64,000 nt of DNA from positions 1,860,001 through 1,924,000 of the forward strand of contig JAUFOQ010000010.1 of the NCBI GenBank assembly GCA_040285855.1, written 5' to 3'. The position numbers were made by a program, and so were the translations under genes. Below are positions 63,036 to 64,000 of this stretch, piece by piece. The stretch is from Eukaryota sp. GEM-RC1 (taxonomy: Eukaryota). Position 1 is the stretch's first letter, and every line of letters starts with the position of its first letter. A model generated the notes under the pieces. It did not search any database. It was not told the origin of the DNA and worked only from the letters and a program-made list of their open reading frames with translations.

Positions 63036-63142
63036 TGATACCTGAATAGGTAGACATGTAAGGGGAAAGGATAATATGATTTATAATTAGCTACACAATA
63101 CTTCAACACTGCCACATCATAACACCTGTGGCCAACACTACA
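63036..63142 (-). repeat. 5' LTR (107 bp)
   Basis: TGTAGTG...GTATCA on the minus strand; contains TATAAAT. Confidence 0.88.
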
Positions 63143-63365
63143 ATACCAAGTTCAATGAACATCAAGATGAACTAGATAAGTAAGCAAATTGACCTTGTTG
63201 GAAACCACAAAAACTGTCAGGTATGCGTCATGCTAGTAAGTAAAATCAAACCGTTTGAAAAGGGTTGGGCTTAAGTGAAAGTGAAGTGTTGCACCATCAA
63301 GTTGAGTGTAGGTCTGAAAATCCTTCAGGTCAATTTCTCCTTCCACTTCTCTTCCACATCAAAAA

Positions 63366-63788
63366 ATGTCAAGGAAACCCATTATTTATTTCTTATGCAC
63401 CGGAAACTCATGTCGTAGTCAAATGGCTGAAGGCTTTGGGAAAAAACACTTAGGAGACCGCTTTGATGTTTACTCTGCCGGCATTGAATCTCATGGCATG
63501 AATCCTAAAGCACTTCACTTCATGGGAGAAGCAGGCATCGATATATCAAATCAGACTTCGGATATCATTGATCCAGAACTTTTGAACAAGGCAGATTATG
63601 TCATCACATTATGTGGACATGCTAATGATGTCTGCCCAACAACTCCAGAAGGAAAACACCGTATGCATTGGGGTTTTGACGATCCAGCTAAAGCTCAAGG
63701 GTCTGAAGAAGATGTAAACTCTGTATTCCGCTCAGTTAGGGATGCAATAGAGCAGAGAATCAAACAGTTTGCAAGTGAGCAGGTGTAA
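63366..63788 (+). CDS. arsC: Thioredoxin-dependent arsenate reductase (LMW-PTP fold, Firmicute type)
   Basis: [18 protein letters not shown]-loop, [13 protein letters not shown], redox pair [11 protein letters not shown] and HWGFDDPA, as in Bacillus/Staphylococcus ArsC. Confidence 0.92.
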   Translation: MSRKPIIYFLCTGNSCRSQMAEGFGKKHLGDRFDVYSAGIESHGMNPKALHFMGEAGIDISNQTSDIIDPELLNKADYVITLCGHANDVCPTTPEGKHRMHWGFDDPAKAQGSEEDVNSVFRSVRDAIEQRIKQFASEQV

Positions 63789-64000
63789 TGTTCTTCCATA
63801 AATCACAGGTCATCTCTCGATTTATCTTCCGTAAATCTTTTGGCTACAACATCAATGTATTTGTTATTCTTGTTCAAACATTTGGTCTCTGATACAAACA
63901 AAATTCAAACCATGTAGGTACACAAAACAATATAAAATATACCGATAGCTTCCAGTACATCTATATCAGTGAGATAGATCCTTGTACAGTTTTTACATGA

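Larger units (their letters stand above)
57429..63142 (-). mobile_element. Full-length but disrupted Ty3/Gypsy LTR retrotransposon with a chromodomain-like integrase tail
   Basis: Order gag, protease (FDTAA), RT (YIDD), RNase H (TDAS), integrase (H..H/CPSC, DTIGP, GPF). Tail HILVKVLDR...EYCTVVWFG. Polypurine tract GAAAAGAGAGAAGA next to the 3' LTR. Many frameshifts. Confidence 0.93.

Overview
AT-rich, intron-poor genomic DNA of a microbial eukaryote. A metamonad-like anaerobic protist is my inference from the gene set and the very short introns; I cannot confirm the organism. 1-3 kb: a 5'-partial Myb-repeat gene and a CDKL kinase. 3.9-18.8 kb: three kinesin-7 (CENP-E-like) genes with 129-bp (43-aa) stalk repeats and C-terminal CCHC knuckles, alternating with two disrupted BTB-Sel1 genes. 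A 4798-bp tandem duplication produced the middle, chimeric kinesin. 21.8-30.4 kb: a cluster of single-pass membrane proteins, one with an RCC1/BLIP-II propeller. Their ORFs are joined by 27-31 nt introns with a GTTTG donor and a branch point fixed close to the acceptor. 31-57 kb: three RNI-like LRR genes (two hit by transposons), two tiny SRF-type MADS-box genes with a hairpin-containing 58-nt intron, and a RING/B-box gene. Mobile DNA is dense: a non-autonomous MULE, six hAT-type non-autonomous elements, a TA-flanked MITE, several RLE-type non-LTR retrotransposon pieces and two Ty3/Gypsy elements. The window ends with an intronless Firmicute-type thioredoxin-dependent arsenate reductase (arsC), probably acquired laterally. 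Many frameshifts fall in homopolymers and may be assembly errors.
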